64,000 nt of DNA from an uncultured Verrucomicrobiae bacterium (GCA_963813025.1 CAWEXO010000014.1:128001-192000), one strand, 5' to 3'. Counted from the first letter of the stretch, positions 1 through 11,299 are shown. A program made the numbers and translations. The notes: generated by a model from the letters alone, not told the origin.

Positions 1-947
1 CCTGTCCGCAGATCCTTAACTGGTTGATTGCCCCCACGATGGCCAAACTTCAGCTTGAAGATGCTGCCCCCGGCGGCTAATCCAAGCAGTTGGTGTCCTA
101 AACAGATCCCAAAGATCGGAGTCCGGCCAATCAGTTGGCGCAGCTCGGTATAAATGTAAGGGAGGGCCGCTGGATCTCCCGGCCCGTTTGACAGGAAAAC
201 GCCGTCTGATTTCAGGGCAAGCACGTCCTCCGCTTTTGTCGCTGCGGGTACAACGGTCACCTTGAACCCGCGCTGGCGTAATCTTCGCAAAATGTTGAGC
301 TTGATACCGAAATCGTAAGCCACGATCCGGTGTCGAACTGGCGGCAGCCGTTTGAAAACCTGTCCGTTTTCGAGCGTTTCGTCGATTAGTTCTCCCGCCC
401 CCTTCACGATACCCCACGGACGGCTTTCCTTGTCCTCCGGATCCCACTCATAAGGCTGTGGAGCCGTGACCTCTCGCACGTAATCGGCGCCGCTCATCTC
501 TGGCGCGCTGCGAGCCTGCGCGATCGCCGCGTCGGCATCGATTAACTCATCGGAAAGGCAAGCGCGCATGGCTCCTCTCGTCCTCAGATGTTTCGTGAGC
601 GCACGGGTATCAACGCCTTGAACTCCGCCGATGTTCCAATGTTTAAGATACGAATCCAGGGTATCGTCGGCTCTCCAGTTGCTGGCAATGGCTGAGAGTT
701 CTCCAACGACGAATCCACGTACGTGCGGCCGCAGACTTTCGTTGTCATATCCGTTTACCCCGTAGTTCCCGATTAACGGGTAAGTCATAGTTACGATCTG
801 ACCGTGATAGGAAGGATCAGTGAGAACCTCCTGGTAACCGGTCATCGCCGTATTGAAACAAATCTCTCCGACAGACGTTCCCGGCGCCCCGAAAGCGTGT
901 CCACGAAATACCCTTCCGTCTTCAAGCGCGACTAAAGCGTCCTTCAT
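1..947 (-). CDS. carA: Carbamoyl-phosphate synthase small subunit (3' end runs off the window)
   Basis: Manual translation from ATG at 947: [16 protein letters not shown]...[26 protein letters not shown]...LSNGPGDP...[12 protein letters not shown]...[13 protein letters not shown]. Not in the ORF track because there is no stop codon inside the window. Confidence 0.95.
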   Translation of the reverse strand, partial: MKDALVALEDGRVFRGHAFGAPGTSVGEICFNTAMTGYQEVLTDPSYHGQIVTMTYPLIGNYGVNGYDNESLRPHVRGFVVGELSAIASNWRADDTLDSYLKHWNIGGVQGVDTRALTKHLRTRGAMRACLSDELIDADAAIAQARSAPEMSGADYVREVTAPQPYEWDPEDKESRPWGIVKGAGELIDETLENGQVFKRLPPVRHRIVAYDFGIKLNILRRLRQRGFKVTVVPAATKAEDVLALKSDGVFLSNGPGDPAALPYIYTELRQLIGRTPIFGICLGHQLLGLAAGGSIFKLKFGHRGGNQPVKDLRT

Positions 948-2227
948 ATTGGAGACGAAAGTAAATGACGCGCGACAGACGTCAAAGGCCGGCTGCGGCC
1001 GGCAGACATCCGGCGCAAGACTCCGGCCAAATTTCCGCGATCGCGTACCTCGACGGCTTCAAGGAGGAGCCAGTCAGCCAATTTCTTGAGCGCGGCAAAG
1101 AGGGGCTCTGCGACCGTCAAGTCCGCTTGGTGCTCGCCGTGGCTTGATTGGACGAGCAACGCTGATCGCACCCGGTCTGCTTTGAGGTCCACCCGACCTG
1201 CCAACTGATTTCCCTGAAGAAACGGGAGAACGTAGTAGCCATGCTGCCGGCGGGCAGCCGGGGTGTAAATTCCGATTCGATACCTGAACCCAAAAAGGCG
1301 CTCGGTCCGCGATCGATCCCACACCAGAGGATCGAAAGGGGACAGCAACGTAGCCGTGATATTATCATTGCGCGGTACCCGCAGATTGGCTGGAGCAAAC
1401 GCCGGTCGCGACCAGCTTTCCACCTCTCCCGAGACCAGTTCTCCGGCGGCTACCAATTCCGCAATTCTCGCGCGAGTATCGTGGAGCCCCAAACGGAAGT
1501 AGTCGCGAAGGTCGCTTTCGGTCGCGACTCCGAGCGCGCGGGCGGCCACTCGCAGAAGCTCGCGTTGAGCATCCTCCTCGGGCATCTCCGGAGCGCAGAC
1601 CAGTTCCCGCGGCAAGACTCGTTCCGTCAAATCATAGACTCGCTCGAAGTTTCGGCGGAATGCGGTTGTAATTTTTCCGGTCCAGAACAGCCATTCGAGC
1701 GCGCGTTTGCCATCGCTCCAGCCCCACCACGATCCCGATTTAAGAGGCGCCTCAGCGGAAAGAAGTCGCTGCAGTTGACCCGCACTGATCGGTCCGCGGT
1801 TGCTGACCTCAGCCATGACCGAGTCAATGAATCCAGGTTTTTCCTCCGCTAGCCGGGCGACCAACCGGTAGATCCCCTGGCCTCCTTCCGCGCGACGCAT
1901 CCTCCAGCGAAAAAAGGGAAAGAGGTCCAGAGAGATCAGCGATGCCTCGTGTCCCCAGTACTCAAATAAGGTTCTTTTGCCTCGCCGATAACTCAACTCA
2001 TCGAGATGTGCCCTGGAGTAACTGCCGAGCCGAGAGAACAACGGCATGTAGTGCGCTCGCACGAGGACATTGACAGAATCAATCTGCAAGAGCCCGAGTC
2101 GCTTGACCGCTGTGCGGATCTCTCGAAGACCCAGACCGGTACGCTCAAGACCAAATCCTTGGGCCGCCAGCGCTGCGCGCCGTGCCTCGCTCAGTGACAA
2201 AGAAAAGGCTTTGCGGCGCCTGATCAT
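944..2227 (-). CDS. YcaQ/AlkZ-like (HTH_42) winged-helix DNA glycosylase, crosslink-repair family
   Basis: Motifs [47 protein letters not shown] and GRVDLKADR. Stop overlaps the carA ATG. Likely start is ATG 2227 (ORF track gives 2251). Confidence 0.85.
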   Translation of the reverse strand: MIRRRKAFSLSLSEARRAALAAQGFGLERTGLGLREIRTAVKRLGLLQIDSVNVLVRAHYMPLFSRLGSYSRAHLDELSYRRGKRTLFEYWGHEASLISLDLFPFFRWRMRRAEGGQGIYRLVARLAEEKPGFIDSVMAEVSNRGPISAGQLQRLLSAEAPLKSGSWWGWSDGKRALEWLFWTGKITTAFRRNFERVYDLTERVLPRELVCAPEMPEEDAQRELLRVAARALGVATESDLRDYFRLGLHDTRARIAELVAAGELVSGEVESWSRPAFAPANLRVPRNDNITATLLSPFDPLVWDRSRTERLFGFRYRIGIYTPAARRQHGYYVLPFLQGNQLAGRVDLKADRVRSALLVQSSHGEHQADLTVAEPLFAALKKLADWLLLEAVEVRDRGNLAGVLRRMSAGRSRPLTSVARHLLSSPI

Positions 2228-2229
2228 GC

Positions 2230-3516
2230 TCACCAGGACAACTGGTTCCAATATGTGACGGCGCCATCGTGATTCTTGACAAACCGCACCGAGCCATCCT
2301 GCGAAACCACTGCCGCCACTGCATCGGGGTACAGGTCACAGAAGCGATAAACTGCCCGGTGGCGGGTTCCGACGTCGTCCAACGACTCATTTGTCCAGAT
2401 TGAACCCTCCAGATCGAGCGCCTTGCGCACACTGGTGAGTCTTGGCGAATCCGCCCGCAGTTCCGCGCCAAAGCCCACTACCTCAAAATGCTTGGTCAAG
2501 ATCAAGGCCCCGTCGATTGACATCAGATCAGCCAGGAAATGGGCGAACTCGAAGAGCGCCTCGTCCATGTCTCCAAGGTCCGCGTCGGCCACCGTCTGAT
2601 ATTCTCGCCAGCCCGCGCTCGAGAATTGGTTTTCCTGCGCAACTTGGGAAAGCCGTTTCATCGCCAGCGCAAGCGTCTTTCGGTAATGACTCCGCGTGTC
2701 TCCGACAGCCAGGCGGTATTTGAAGCGCAGCGATCCGTGCTCGTGCACGAAGAGCTGCTCCTGATGCGGCTCTATAAAAATCAAAGTGCCACCGTGCTTG
2801 GAATTCCGCACCACGCTCAGCGTCCGGCGCAGGACATTCTGCGAAATCATCTTCAGGAAATCGCCGTCCAGGGAGATTGATTTCTGGCGGGCGCCAGAGA
2901 TGCGCTCCAGGAGTTGGGTCTTAGCCAAAGTGAAAGCATCCAGCAACCACTTCGATTGAAACAGATCAAAGGCGTGGCCTTCCATTTCGCCGCCACTAAG
3001 GGCAGCAATTCGTTTCTGGCCCAGGAACAGACTCAGCCGGCCTGGTCCAAACGCTTGGACCACTAAACGCGGCGGCAAGGCGACGCCAGTGAAGCGGCCG
3101 CCGTCGACGGCGTTAACCCATCGTGTGCCGGAGACGACAATTCCCCAGATACCCAGACGGTCCTGCGGATCTGGACTGATGCCAATGAGCGAGCGGAAAA
3201 ATTCAGCGGCCGTGGATATCCGTCGGACCTCCTGCTCGTTGAAAGCGCGACGCCGATCAAGGATGATTGGAGAAAGTCCCGTTGGTGGTCCTCCATCGTA
3301 TGGCAATTCCTCTGGTGGGATCAGGAACAGCCGGAACGTCACGGGACGCTGCTCCTCCCGAAGCAGGCTGGCGTGATAGGCGACGTCGAGCACGAGCCTG
3401 AGTTGGGCGTCGGTCGGCAATTCCTGTATCGATTCTTGCGGCCAGACCTTTTTGACCAGATCGGCCAAATGAGAAGGGTAGGAATATCCAAGGTAGCTTT
3501 GCGGGCGTTGAGTCAT
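2230..3516 (-). CDS. Diadenylate cyclase (DisA_N/DAC) domain protein with a long N-terminal putative sensor (DACNV-like) domain
   Basis: C-terminal DAC motifs IDGALIL, GTRHRA and VVSQDG; also HGGTLIF. Start placed at MTQRPQSY because the ORF extension to 3699 runs into a repeat. Confidence 0.75.
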   Translation of the reverse strand: MTQRPQSYLGYSYPSHLADLVKKVWPQESIQELPTDAQLRLVLDVAYHASLLREEQRPVTFRLFLIPPEELPYDGGPPTGLSPIILDRRRAFNEQEVRRISTAAEFFRSLIGISPDPQDRLGIWGIVVSGTRWVNAVDGGRFTGVALPPRLVVQAFGPGRLSLFLGQKRIAALSGGEMEGHAFDLFQSKWLLDAFTLAKTQLLERISGARQKSISLDGDFLKMISQNVLRRTLSVVRNSKHGGTLIFIEPHQEQLFVHEHGSLRFKYRLAVGDTRSHYRKTLALAMKRLSQVAQENQFSSAGWREYQTVADADLGDMDEALFEFAHFLADLMSIDGALILTKHFEVVGFGAELRADSPRLTSVRKALDLEGSIWTNESLDDVGTRHRAVYRFCDLYPDAVAAVVSQDGSVRFVKNHDGAVTYWNQLSW

Positions 3517-3660
3517 GCAAGTCACGGCCGTGGGCCGGAAATATGCGTAATTTCGGCGAAAATGACTCGGCCACAACTGGGATAGTGCCTGCCGGTGCCA
3601 GTGCCAGTGCAACGTCTTTGATACACTGGTGCCATCGTTGCGGCCCAAAGGGTTGCGTTG

Positions 3661-3752
3661 AAGAGATTGTCTCGCAACCCCCAAGGTCGGTAGGGACAAG
3701 CTCCCCGGACAAGCTCCCGCTTGACCTTCTTAGCATTGGATCACGTCTCGAT
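3661..3752 (+). repeat. REP/MITE-like family A copy
   Basis: GAGATTGTCTCGCA...AAGGTCGGTAGGGACAAGCTCC(x2)CGCTTGACC...TTGGATCAC. Homologous to copies at 14828, 22280(-) and 25022. Confidence 0.85.
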
Positions 3753-3768
3753 TTGGACGAGCAGGCCA

Positions 3769-3886
3769 CCTCCGCAAGGCTACGGCGCGCCCTCCGGTAA
3801 AGTGTTTGTGCCATTCCATATCCGGGCCGCGACGAAGGCTTGTCCGTAGTCGGGCCGCCTCCGCAAGGCTGCGGCGCGCCCTCCGG
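3769..3886. repeat. Two direct copies of CCTCCGCAAGGCT(A/G)CGGCGCGCCCTCCGG
   Basis: Near-identical ~29-mers at about 3768-3797 and 3858-3886. Confidence 0.7.
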
Positions 3887-4034
3887 CGATTAATTCCGTT
3901 TCCGATTCCTGCTTTTGTCCTCGTTCGTTGGAAAATTGCATCGTCGCGTCACCTGAGAACCTTGGCTGAACGCTGGTGCACCCCGCCTCAATGAGGCCAC
4001 AGAGCAAAAGGAGGGCAAAAAGTTTTTTCGGCAT
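3780..4034 (-). CDS. Small hypothetical lipoprotein-like ORF
   Basis: MPKKLFALLLLCGLIEAGC resembles a lipoprotein signal peptide. The C-terminus runs into repeat sequence. Confidence 0.35.
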   Translation of the reverse strand: MPKKLFALLLLCGLIEAGCTSVQPRFSGDATMQFSNERGQKQESETELIAGGRAAALRRRPDYGQAFVAARIWNGTNTLPEGAP

Positions 4035-4094
4035 TTATAGCACATTTACGCCGGAAAACGCTGTCAGCGAGTTACTTGCTCGTCATGCTTGCCG

Positions 4095-4244
4095 GGGCGT
4101 CTGCTTTTGCCCGGGGTTTTTAACTCGGGGCAATCTTACGCCTCTTTCAGGGCGACCGGTGAGGAACGGTTTTCCCGGGGTAAAAACCTGGTAAAAACCC
4201 CGGGCTCAGTCCTGATGCCCCTTCGAGGCGAAAAGCAGACGCCC
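4095..4244. repeat. Nested inverted-repeat element (REP-like)
   Basis: GGGCGTCTGCTTTT (4095-4108) pairs with AAAAGCAGACGCCC (4231-4244); GCCCGGGGTTTTTA (4109-4122) pairs with TAAAAACCCCGGGC (4192-4205). Confidence 0.75.
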
Positions 4245-4403
4245 GACGCGTCCTCACTGTCAGGGTCACTGTCAGTCCAGGAACCCGGCGCCGCAATGTT
4301 GCGAGCCGACGCAGACGCGGGCTAAGCTTGCGCGGGGGCCATCCACGCGATAAGCCCAGTGTTTCCTCGCGGCGCAAACATACCAACCGCCCGGATAGGA
4401 CTC

Positions 4404-6018
4404 ATGCAGAACGCGCAGAATTCGACGGCTCAGACGCAAGGTGCCATGACCCGTCCGGCTCGTGCATCGCGCCCGGCGTTGCTCGTTGCCTCCGGAATCT
4501 TCCTGAGCCGTTTGGCGGGCTTGATCCGGGATCGCGTTTTGGCCCATTTTCTGGGTAGCACGGATGCCGCGGACGCGTTCCGAGCGGCGCTTCGCATCCC
4601 AAATTTCCTGCAGAATCTTTTTGGGGAGGGGGTGCTCTCGGCTTCCTTCATCCCGGTTTATGCGCGGCTATTGGGATCGGGCGATGAGAAAGAAGCGGAT
4701 CGAGTAGCGGGTGCAATCGGCGCGATTCTGGCCGCACTGGTCTCAGTCCTGGTCGCCCTGGGAATGCTCCTGGCGCCTTTTCTGATTGACGCGATTGCTC
4801 CCGGATTTACTGGCGAAAAGAGACTGCTGACAATTGCGTTGGTTCAGATTCTGTTTCCGGGCGTTGGGGCGTTAGTGCTGTCGGCTTGGTGCCTCGGCAT
4901 TTTGAACAGTCACGGAAAGTTTTTCCTACCCTACTCCGCGCCGGTCATCTGGAATCTTTGCGTGATTGGGGCGGTGATGCTCTTTCGGGCGACTCCGTCC
5001 CTGTCCGCGCTGGCAATTTATGCCGCGATCGGCGCCGGTATCGGCAGCGTTGGTCAGCTCCTTATTCAGGTACCGACGGTATTTGCGGTGGCCCGAAGAA
5101 TGACGTTTGAATTTCAACTGCGGTCTCGGGCGGTGCGAACCGTGGTCAAGAATTTCGGGCCGGTGTTTATCAGCCGCGGAGTTGTGCAGCTGAGCGCTTA
5201 CATTGATGCGCTTTTGGCGAGTCTTCTGCCTTCCGGCTCGGTCGCGTTGTTAATGTACGGGCAAACGATCGCGCTGCTCCCGGTGAGTCTTTTTGGAATG
5301 TCCATATCAGCGGCGGAGCTTCCGGCCATGTCGCGCACACTGGCCGGCGACCGTGAAGCCGCCTCGGAAGCGCTTAACAACCGGCTGAAAGCGGCTATCC
5401 GCCAGTTGGCGTTTTTCGTTATTCCGTCAGCGATGAGTTTCTTCGCATTTGGGGACACCATCGCAGGGATGATCTATCAGACTGGGCTTTTTACTCGGCA
5501 GGACACCTTATTCGTTTGGTCTTTATTGGCCGGGTCTGGCATCGGCCTGGTGGCCTCGACCTCAGGCCGCCTTTGTTCCTCTGCCTTTTACGCTCTGCAC
5601 GACACGCGCACTCCGCTCCGCTATGCTCTGGTTCGAGTTGGCCTCACGACAGTGCTCGGGTATCTCGCCGCGTTTCCTTTACCGCACCTCCTGCATATCG
5701 ATCAACGCTGGGGAATTGCCGGACTCACTGCCTCTGCCGGGATTGCTGGTTGGATTGAATTTCTGCTTTTGCGCAGAGGCTTTGCGGCGCCGGCTCGGCT
5801 CTTTCTCGGCCAATCCGCGCTACTACCTGTTGCTCTGGAGCGCTGCTGCCGCCGCCGCCATCGCGGCCTATCCTTTGAAGGACGTTGCTGGTCTGAGGCA
5901 TCCGGTAGTCAGCGGTCTGGTGGTGCTTCCCGTTTACTGCCTTCTTTACTTTGGAGCGGGGCTTCTGCTGCGTGTTCCGGAAGCGCGAGGCGCTTTGCGA
6001 CGATTCGGTGGCGCTTGA
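4404..6018 (+). CDS. murJ: Lipid II flippase MurJ/MviN (one frameshift near 5780)
   Basis: LSRLAGLIRD, ADAFRAALRIPNFLQNLFGEGVLSASFIPVY, FYALHDTRTP. The hydrophobic C-terminus continues in the frame of ORF 5623-6018. Confidence 0.9.
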
Positions 6019-6110
6019 GAATTTGCGCCATTCAGAAAGGCAGCAGATGGTGGCAAGTGAAGTGGGCGGTCTTGTTGGATTTCCGTAAGCCAGGGATGGA
6101 CGAACATTCA

Positions 6111-6299
6111 GAGACCGTCTCGCAACGTCCTGCTGGTCAACGACTGGTAGGGCGAAAATTTATTCGAGCGCCAGGCGAGAACTTGTTTGAGCCGTCTTGG
6201 GAGTGTGGCAGCTCCAGCGTCGGGCTCAAACGAGTGCTCGCTAAGGCTCGCATAAATTTTCGCCCTACCGGCACAGGGCAAAAGACATATTGCGAGACA
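6111..6299. repeat. REPIN/MITE-like family B copy (inverted GTAG-REP pair)
   Basis: GGTAGGGCGAAAATTTATTCGAGC...TTTGAGCC...GGCTCAAAC...GCTCGCATAAATTTTCGCCCTACC (6146-6269), bracketed by GTCTCGCAA and TTGCGAGAC. Confidence 0.85.
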
Positions 6300-6409
6300 T
6301 GCGCGGAGTTTTCGTCCATCCGGCACGGAACCAGAGACACAGCGAGGGACAAGCGGCTCATTCGAGGCAGCCTATTGCCGAGCTGTCATCTTTCCCATTC
6401 TCCCCAGCT

Positions 6410-7676
6410 ATGGAGCACATTTATTCCGATCCAACCTTCCAGATGGCCCGAGACCAGTTCCAGCTGATTGCGGATCACATCGACATCCCTGTCAACCTGC
6501 GCGAACGCCTCATGTGGCCGAAGCGGTCCGTCGCTGTCTCCGTGCCGGTTCGCCTAGACGATGGTTCAACCAAGGTTTTCCAGGGATACCGCGTACAGCA
6601 TCACCTCTCGATGGGGCCAACCAAGGGCGGTACCCGATTCTCGACCAGTGTAACGATTGGCGAGATCGCTGCCCTGGCAATGTGGATGAGCTGGAAATGT
6701 GCTCTCGCCGGTTTGCCCTACGGCGGCGCGAAAGGGGGTGTACAAGTCGATCCCCGTCGCTTGAGCGCGGGCGAGCTGGAGCGACTCTCGCGTCGCTACA
6801 TGCAGGAAATGATCCCGTTTATCGGACCCCATACGGACATCATGGGACCAGACATGGGGACCAACGAACAAGTCATGGCTTGGTTCATGGACACCTATTC
6901 GGCGCATCACGGGCACTCGGTTCCTGAGATTGTTACCGGGAAACCGGTCAGCCTCGGCGGTACTTCCGGTCGCCGAGAGTCAACCGGACGCGGAGTGGTT
7001 TATCTGGTCGAGCGGGCAGCCAACATAATCAAAATGGCTTTAAACGACCGTACCGCGGTAGTCCAGGGTTTCGGCAATGTCGGGATCGGTAGTGGCGCAA
7101 GGGCTCGCGTACAAAAATGGAATGAAAGTCATCGCCCTCAGTGATGCTTCCGGCGCGATTCGGAAAGATGGAGGAATCGATATTCACGCGGCCGAAAAAT
7201 ATGTTAACGACCGTGGCCAATTAGAAGGCTTCCCCGGGGCAGACGCCATTCCGCCGGACGATCTCCTGGTGATTCCTTGCGACGTGCTGGTGCCCGCTGC
7301 CATAAGCGGTGTGATCAACGCGGGGAACGCCAAACGCATTCAGTGCAGAATTCTCGCCGAGGCGGCCAATGGCCCGACCACCGTAGAAGCCGACAAGGTT
7401 TTATTTGATCGTTGGAACGAGGTCTTTGTGATACCCGATATCCTCTGCAATGCGGGTGGAGTGATTGTCTCCTATTTTGAATGGGTGCAGAGCCTACAAA
7501 GCTTTTTTTGGAACGAGACGGAGGTCGTTGACCGACTCTTCCGGGTCCTCCAGCAATCCTTTTCCGCGGTTATCCGGCGAGCCAAAGAGGAGAAGATACC
7601 TCATCGCCTTGCCGCGATGGCCATCGGTGTTGAGCGAGTGATGAAGGCCCGGCGAGATCGGGGATTGTTTCCGTAG
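6410..7676 (+). CDS. gdhA: Glu/Leu/Phe/Val dehydrogenase (glutamate dehydrogenase-like), frameshift near 7080
   Basis: GPTKGGTRF, LPYGGAKGG, GPDMGT, VTGKP, VQGFGNVG, EAANGP, PDILCNAGGVIVSYFEW. Split between ORFs 6290-7144 and 7077-7676. Confidence 0.88.
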
Positions 7677-7681
7677 GAAAG

Positions 7682-7809
7682 ACGGCGGGAGGGTCATGTT
7701 TAGACTTTCAACATTCAATCCAGATCGGTTGCTTTCCGACCTCTGGAACCGCCGACCGAATGTTGAAAGTCTAGACGTGACCCTCCCGCCGTTTGACCCT
7801 CCCGCCGTT
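7682..7809. repeat. 35-bp inverted repeat plus a 16-bp tandem duplication
   Basis: 7682-7716 versus 7758-7792 are 33/35 complementary; TGACCCTCCCGCCGTT is repeated at 7778-7793 and 7794-7809. Confidence 0.8.
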
Positions 7810-7924
7810 TGACTCGGAAGTCGGATTAAAAAAGGTTTCCAAAAAAACAGAGCGAGTCTAGTCAAAAAAAAACAAACGTGGTCAGCGCATCGTGCGACCG
7901 TGAATCGAGAAAACGTAATTCCCC

Positions 7925-10900
7925 ATGCAGATTCCAATTAGCGAAGTCGAAACTCTTTCCAAGCCGGCCACTGAACTGTGGTTTAAAGAGGCGATTATTT
8001 ACCAGCTTCACATCAAAACTTTTTGCGATGGCAATAATGATGGCATCGGGGATTTTCCGGGATTGCTGACGAAGCTGGATTACCTGAAAAACCTGGGGGT
8101 CACCGCGGTCTGGCTCCTGCCGTTTTATCCTTCTCCCCTGAAGGACGACGGTTATGACATCGCCGATTATCGAAATGTCCACCCGTCCTACGGAAATTTG
8201 GAGGACTTTCGCCAATTTCTCAATGCGGCGCACGACCTCGGATTGCGGGTCATCACTGAGCTTGTGCTCAATCATACCAGTGACCAACACGTTTGGTTTC
8301 AAAAATCGCGGCGCGCTCTCCCCGGCGATTCGTGGCGCGATTACTATGTCTGGTCAGACGATCCCACCAAGTACCAGAACGCTCGAATCATCTTCAAAGA
8401 CACTGAATCCAGCAATTGGGCTTATGATCCGGTCGCTAAAGCCTATTACTGGCACCGGTTCTATTCGCATCAGCCCGATCTCAACTACGATAACCCGGAA
8501 GTGCGTTCGACCATGCTCGGGGTCGTCGATTTCTGGTTGGAGATGGGGGTGGACGGTCTTCGGCTGGACGCCGTGCCATACTTGATCGAACGGGAGGGCA
8601 CCAGTTGCGAGAACCTGCCGGAAACGCACGCGTATCTGCGCGAACTGCGGGCCTACATGGATGCCAAATATCAGGATCGCATGCTCTTGGCCGAGGCAAA
8701 CCAATGGCCCGAGGATGCGGTCGCCTATTTCGGCACCGGCAATGAGTGCCACATGGCCTTCCACTTTCCGATTATGCCGCGAATCTACATGTCGCTGCAC
8801 ATGGAGGATCGCTATCCGATCGTCGATATTTTGGAGCAGACCCCGGTCATTCCCGAAAACTGCCAGTGGGCGATGTTCTTGCGCAACCACGACGAACTCA
8901 CGCTGGAAATGGTGACAGAGGAGGAGCGCGATTATATGTATCGCAATTACGCACGCGACCCTCGCGCCCGCATCAATCTGGGCATCCGTCGCCGATTGGC
9001 CCCTTTGCTGGGGAACAATCGAAAAAAAATTGAGCTGATCAACGCGATTCTTTTATCGATGCCGGGAAGTCCAATCCTCTACTACGGTGACGAGATCGGC
9101 ATGGGAGATAACATTTACCTGGGTGATCGCAATGGCGTCCGGACGCCGATGCAGTGGAGCGCGGACAAGAATGCCGGATTCTCTCGAGCCAACCCGAACT
9201 CGCTGTTTTTGCCGGTAAACATTGATCCGGAGTTCCATTACGAAGCGATTAACGTCGAACTACAGGAAGGCAATTTGTCCTCGACCCTGTGGTGGATGCG
9301 TCGCATCATTGCGATCCGCAAGCGCTTTCCCGCATTTGGTCATGGCGACTTCAAATTGTTGACGCCCGTCAACAACAAAGTCCTCTGTTTTACGCGAAGC
9401 TACGAAAGCCAGACGGTTCTTGTCGTCATCAATCTCTCGCGCTTTTCTCAAGCGGTGGAGCTCGACCTTTCAGCGTGGGTCGGCTACACGCCGGAAGATG
9501 CCTTTGGTCATGGACGATTCTCTGTTATCCGAGACGCGCCCTACGCGATAACACTCGGTCCGCATACCTTTTTTTGGCTGCTGCTCACTCCTCCGGCGGT
9601 CGCCGGAGTTGCCGACGGGGAACGCTATCTGCCAGCGATCCAGTTCAATGGTTCGCCTGATTGGTGGAGAACGGCAGCCGGCATGCGCTTTGTCGAAAGC
9701 GACTTGCGAACTTATATACGAAAATGCCGCTGGTATCGGAGCAAAGCGCGGCAAATCCTCAATGCTACTTTGGCCGACACTGTCGTTCTCGATGAAAAAG
9801 AGAACAGCCAGCTCTTGCTGATTAACTTTACTTTCTCGGAAGGCGCGCCCGATCTTTACACATTGCCGGTAAAGGCGGTGTCTGGAAACGAAGCACGCGG
9901 TATCGAAGTCGAACATCCGGGATCGGTCATCGCGCGGATTGGAACTGGTGGCGATCTGCTGGTTGACGCGATCGCCGTACCGTCGTTTCACCGTGCGCTC
10001 CTGGAGAGTGTGGAGAAGGGAATCGCGATTCCGTCCCGGGCTGGGCGGTTGGTGACGCACTCCTCAAAGCGCCTGGGTGACGCGGTAGATAACAAGGCGT
10101 TGCCAGGTTCACGGATCTTGAAGGTCGAGCAAAGCAACAGTTCGATCCTGTTTGAGGATAAAGTTTACGCCAAGTTTTTTCGCAGACTGGATGAGGGGTT
10201 GAATCCTGATCTGGAAGTGACCAAACAACTCAGTGAAAACTGCGGATTCCCGAATGTGCCGCCTTACCTCGGCGATCTGCAGTACATCGCGCGCGGACAA
10301 GAGCCGGCCGCCTTGGTGATGTTGCAAAAATTTACGAACAGCGACCAGGAAGGTTGGACGCACACCCTGGCCGCGGTCGATCGGTATTTTGATCGCGTGC
10401 TGGCTGAGCCCAATATCGTGCCGCCGCCTCCCGTCGGGCTCTGGGAGGAGATTCCCGATCAATTTCTAACGGTGATCGAGGGAATGCATCTCGAGAACGT
10501 TCGTCTTCTGGGTGAGCGGACCGCCGAGATGCATCTCGCGCTGGCGAGCGATCACGAGTCTCCGGAATTTTCCCCCGAGCCATTTAGCTTGCAGCATCAA
10601 CGCTCGATTTTTCAATCCATCCGCAGCGAAACCAAGAACACGACGATTCTCTTGTCGAAGGCCTTGCCCAACGTCGACGAGTATTCGCGTGCGCTCGCTG
10701 AGCAGGTCCTGACTCGGGCGACCGAGCTCTCTGCCTCCCATGAATACCTGCTGAATTCCTCGATCGCCGTCGATAAAATTCGCATTCATGGCGACTATCA
10801 TCTCGGGCAAGTCCTGTTCACGGGCAAAGACTTCATCATCCTCGATTTCGAAGGCGAGCCGGCGCGTCCGCTGGGCGAAAGAAGGCTGAAACGATCCGCG

Positions 10901-11299
10901 CTGATCGACGTCGCGGGAATGCTGCGATCTTTTCACTACGCGGCGCACTACGGTTTGCTGGAATCCCGGACAATCCGGCCGATGGACCGCGGTATTCTTG
11001 AGGGGTACGCTGATCTTTGGTCGACCCGGGCTGGCCAAGTCTTTCTGAGGGCCTACCTGGATCGCTCGGGGGACGCTTCGTTTGTGCCGAAGGATCCGGT
11101 CAACACCCGTCGCTTGCTGCGAAGCTATTCCATTCTGAAGGCGATGTACGAGTTGCGTTACGAATTAAATAATCGACCTCGTTGGATCGCGATTCCTCTG
11201 CGCGGTCTCCTCCATTGTCTGGCCGAAATTTCAACCGGCCAGGCAGCAGCTAGCGGGGCCGCAACTCGGATCGGAAAGACTAGTGCACCAGGTGCTTGA
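7925..11299 (+). CDS. treS: Trehalose synthase TreS fused to a maltokinase (Mak/Pep2) domain
   Basis: GH13 motifs GLRLDAVPYL, EANQWP and FLRNHDELTLE; C-terminal EQSNSS, RIHGDYHLGQ and ILDFEGEP. Confidence 0.95.
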   Translation: MQIPISEVETLSKPATELWFKEAIIYQLHIKTFCDGNNDGIGDFPGLLTKLDYLKNLGVTAVWLLPFYPSPLKDDGYDIADYRNVHPSYGNLEDFRQFLNAAHDLGLRVITELVLNHTSDQHVWFQKSRRALPGDSWRDYYVWSDDPTKYQNARIIFKDTESSNWAYDPVAKAYYWHRFYSHQPDLNYDNPEVRSTMLGVVDFWLEMGVDGLRLDAVPYLIEREGTSCENLPETHAYLRELRAYMDAKYQDRMLLAEANQWPEDAVAYFGTGNECHMAFHFPIMPRIYMSLHMEDRYPIVDILEQTPVIPENCQWAMFLRNHDELTLEMVTEEERDYMYRNYARDPRARINLGIRRRLAPLLGNNRKKIELINAILLSMPGSPILYYGDEIGMGDNIYLGDRNGVRTPMQWSADKNAGFSRANPNSLFLPVNIDPEFHYEAINVELQEGNLSSTLWWMRRIIAIRKRFPAFGHGDFKLLTPVNNKVLCFTRSYESQTVLVVINLSRFSQAVELDLSAWVGYTPEDAFGHGRFSVIRDAPYAITLGPHTFFWLLLTPPAVAGVADGERYLPAIQFNGSPDWWRTAAGMRFVESDLRTYIRKCRWYRSKARQILNATLADTVVLDEKENSQLLLINFTFSEGAPDLYTLPVKAVSGNEARGIEVEHPGSVIARIGTGGDLLVDAIAVPSFHRALLESVEKGIAIPSRAGRLVTHSSKRLGDAVDNKALPGSRILKVEQSNSSILFEDKVYAKFFRRLDEGLNPDLEVTKQLSENCGFPNVPPYLGDLQYIARGQEPAALVMLQKFTNSDQEGWTHTLAAVDRYFDRVLAEPNIVPPPPVGLWEEIPDQFLTVIEGMHLENVRLLGERTAEMHLALASDHESPEFSPEPFSLQHQRSIFQSIRSETKNTTILLSKALPNVDEYSRALAEQVLTRATELSASHEYLLNSSIAVDKIRIHGDYHLGQVLFTGKDFIILDFEGEPARPLGERRLKRSALIDVAGMLRSFHYAAHYGLLESRTIRPMDRGILEGYADLWSTRAGQVFLRAYLDRSGDASFVPKDPVNTRRLLRSYSILKAMYELRYELNNRPRWIAIPLRGLLHCLAEISTGQAAASGAATRIGKTSAPGA

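Noticed and set aside
6108..6361. ORFs translated from repeats (e.g. LVGRKFIRAPGENLFEPS at 6.1, 27.5, 29.7 and 36.5 kb)
   Set aside because: The recurrent peptides come from the non-coding family B repeat, not from genes.
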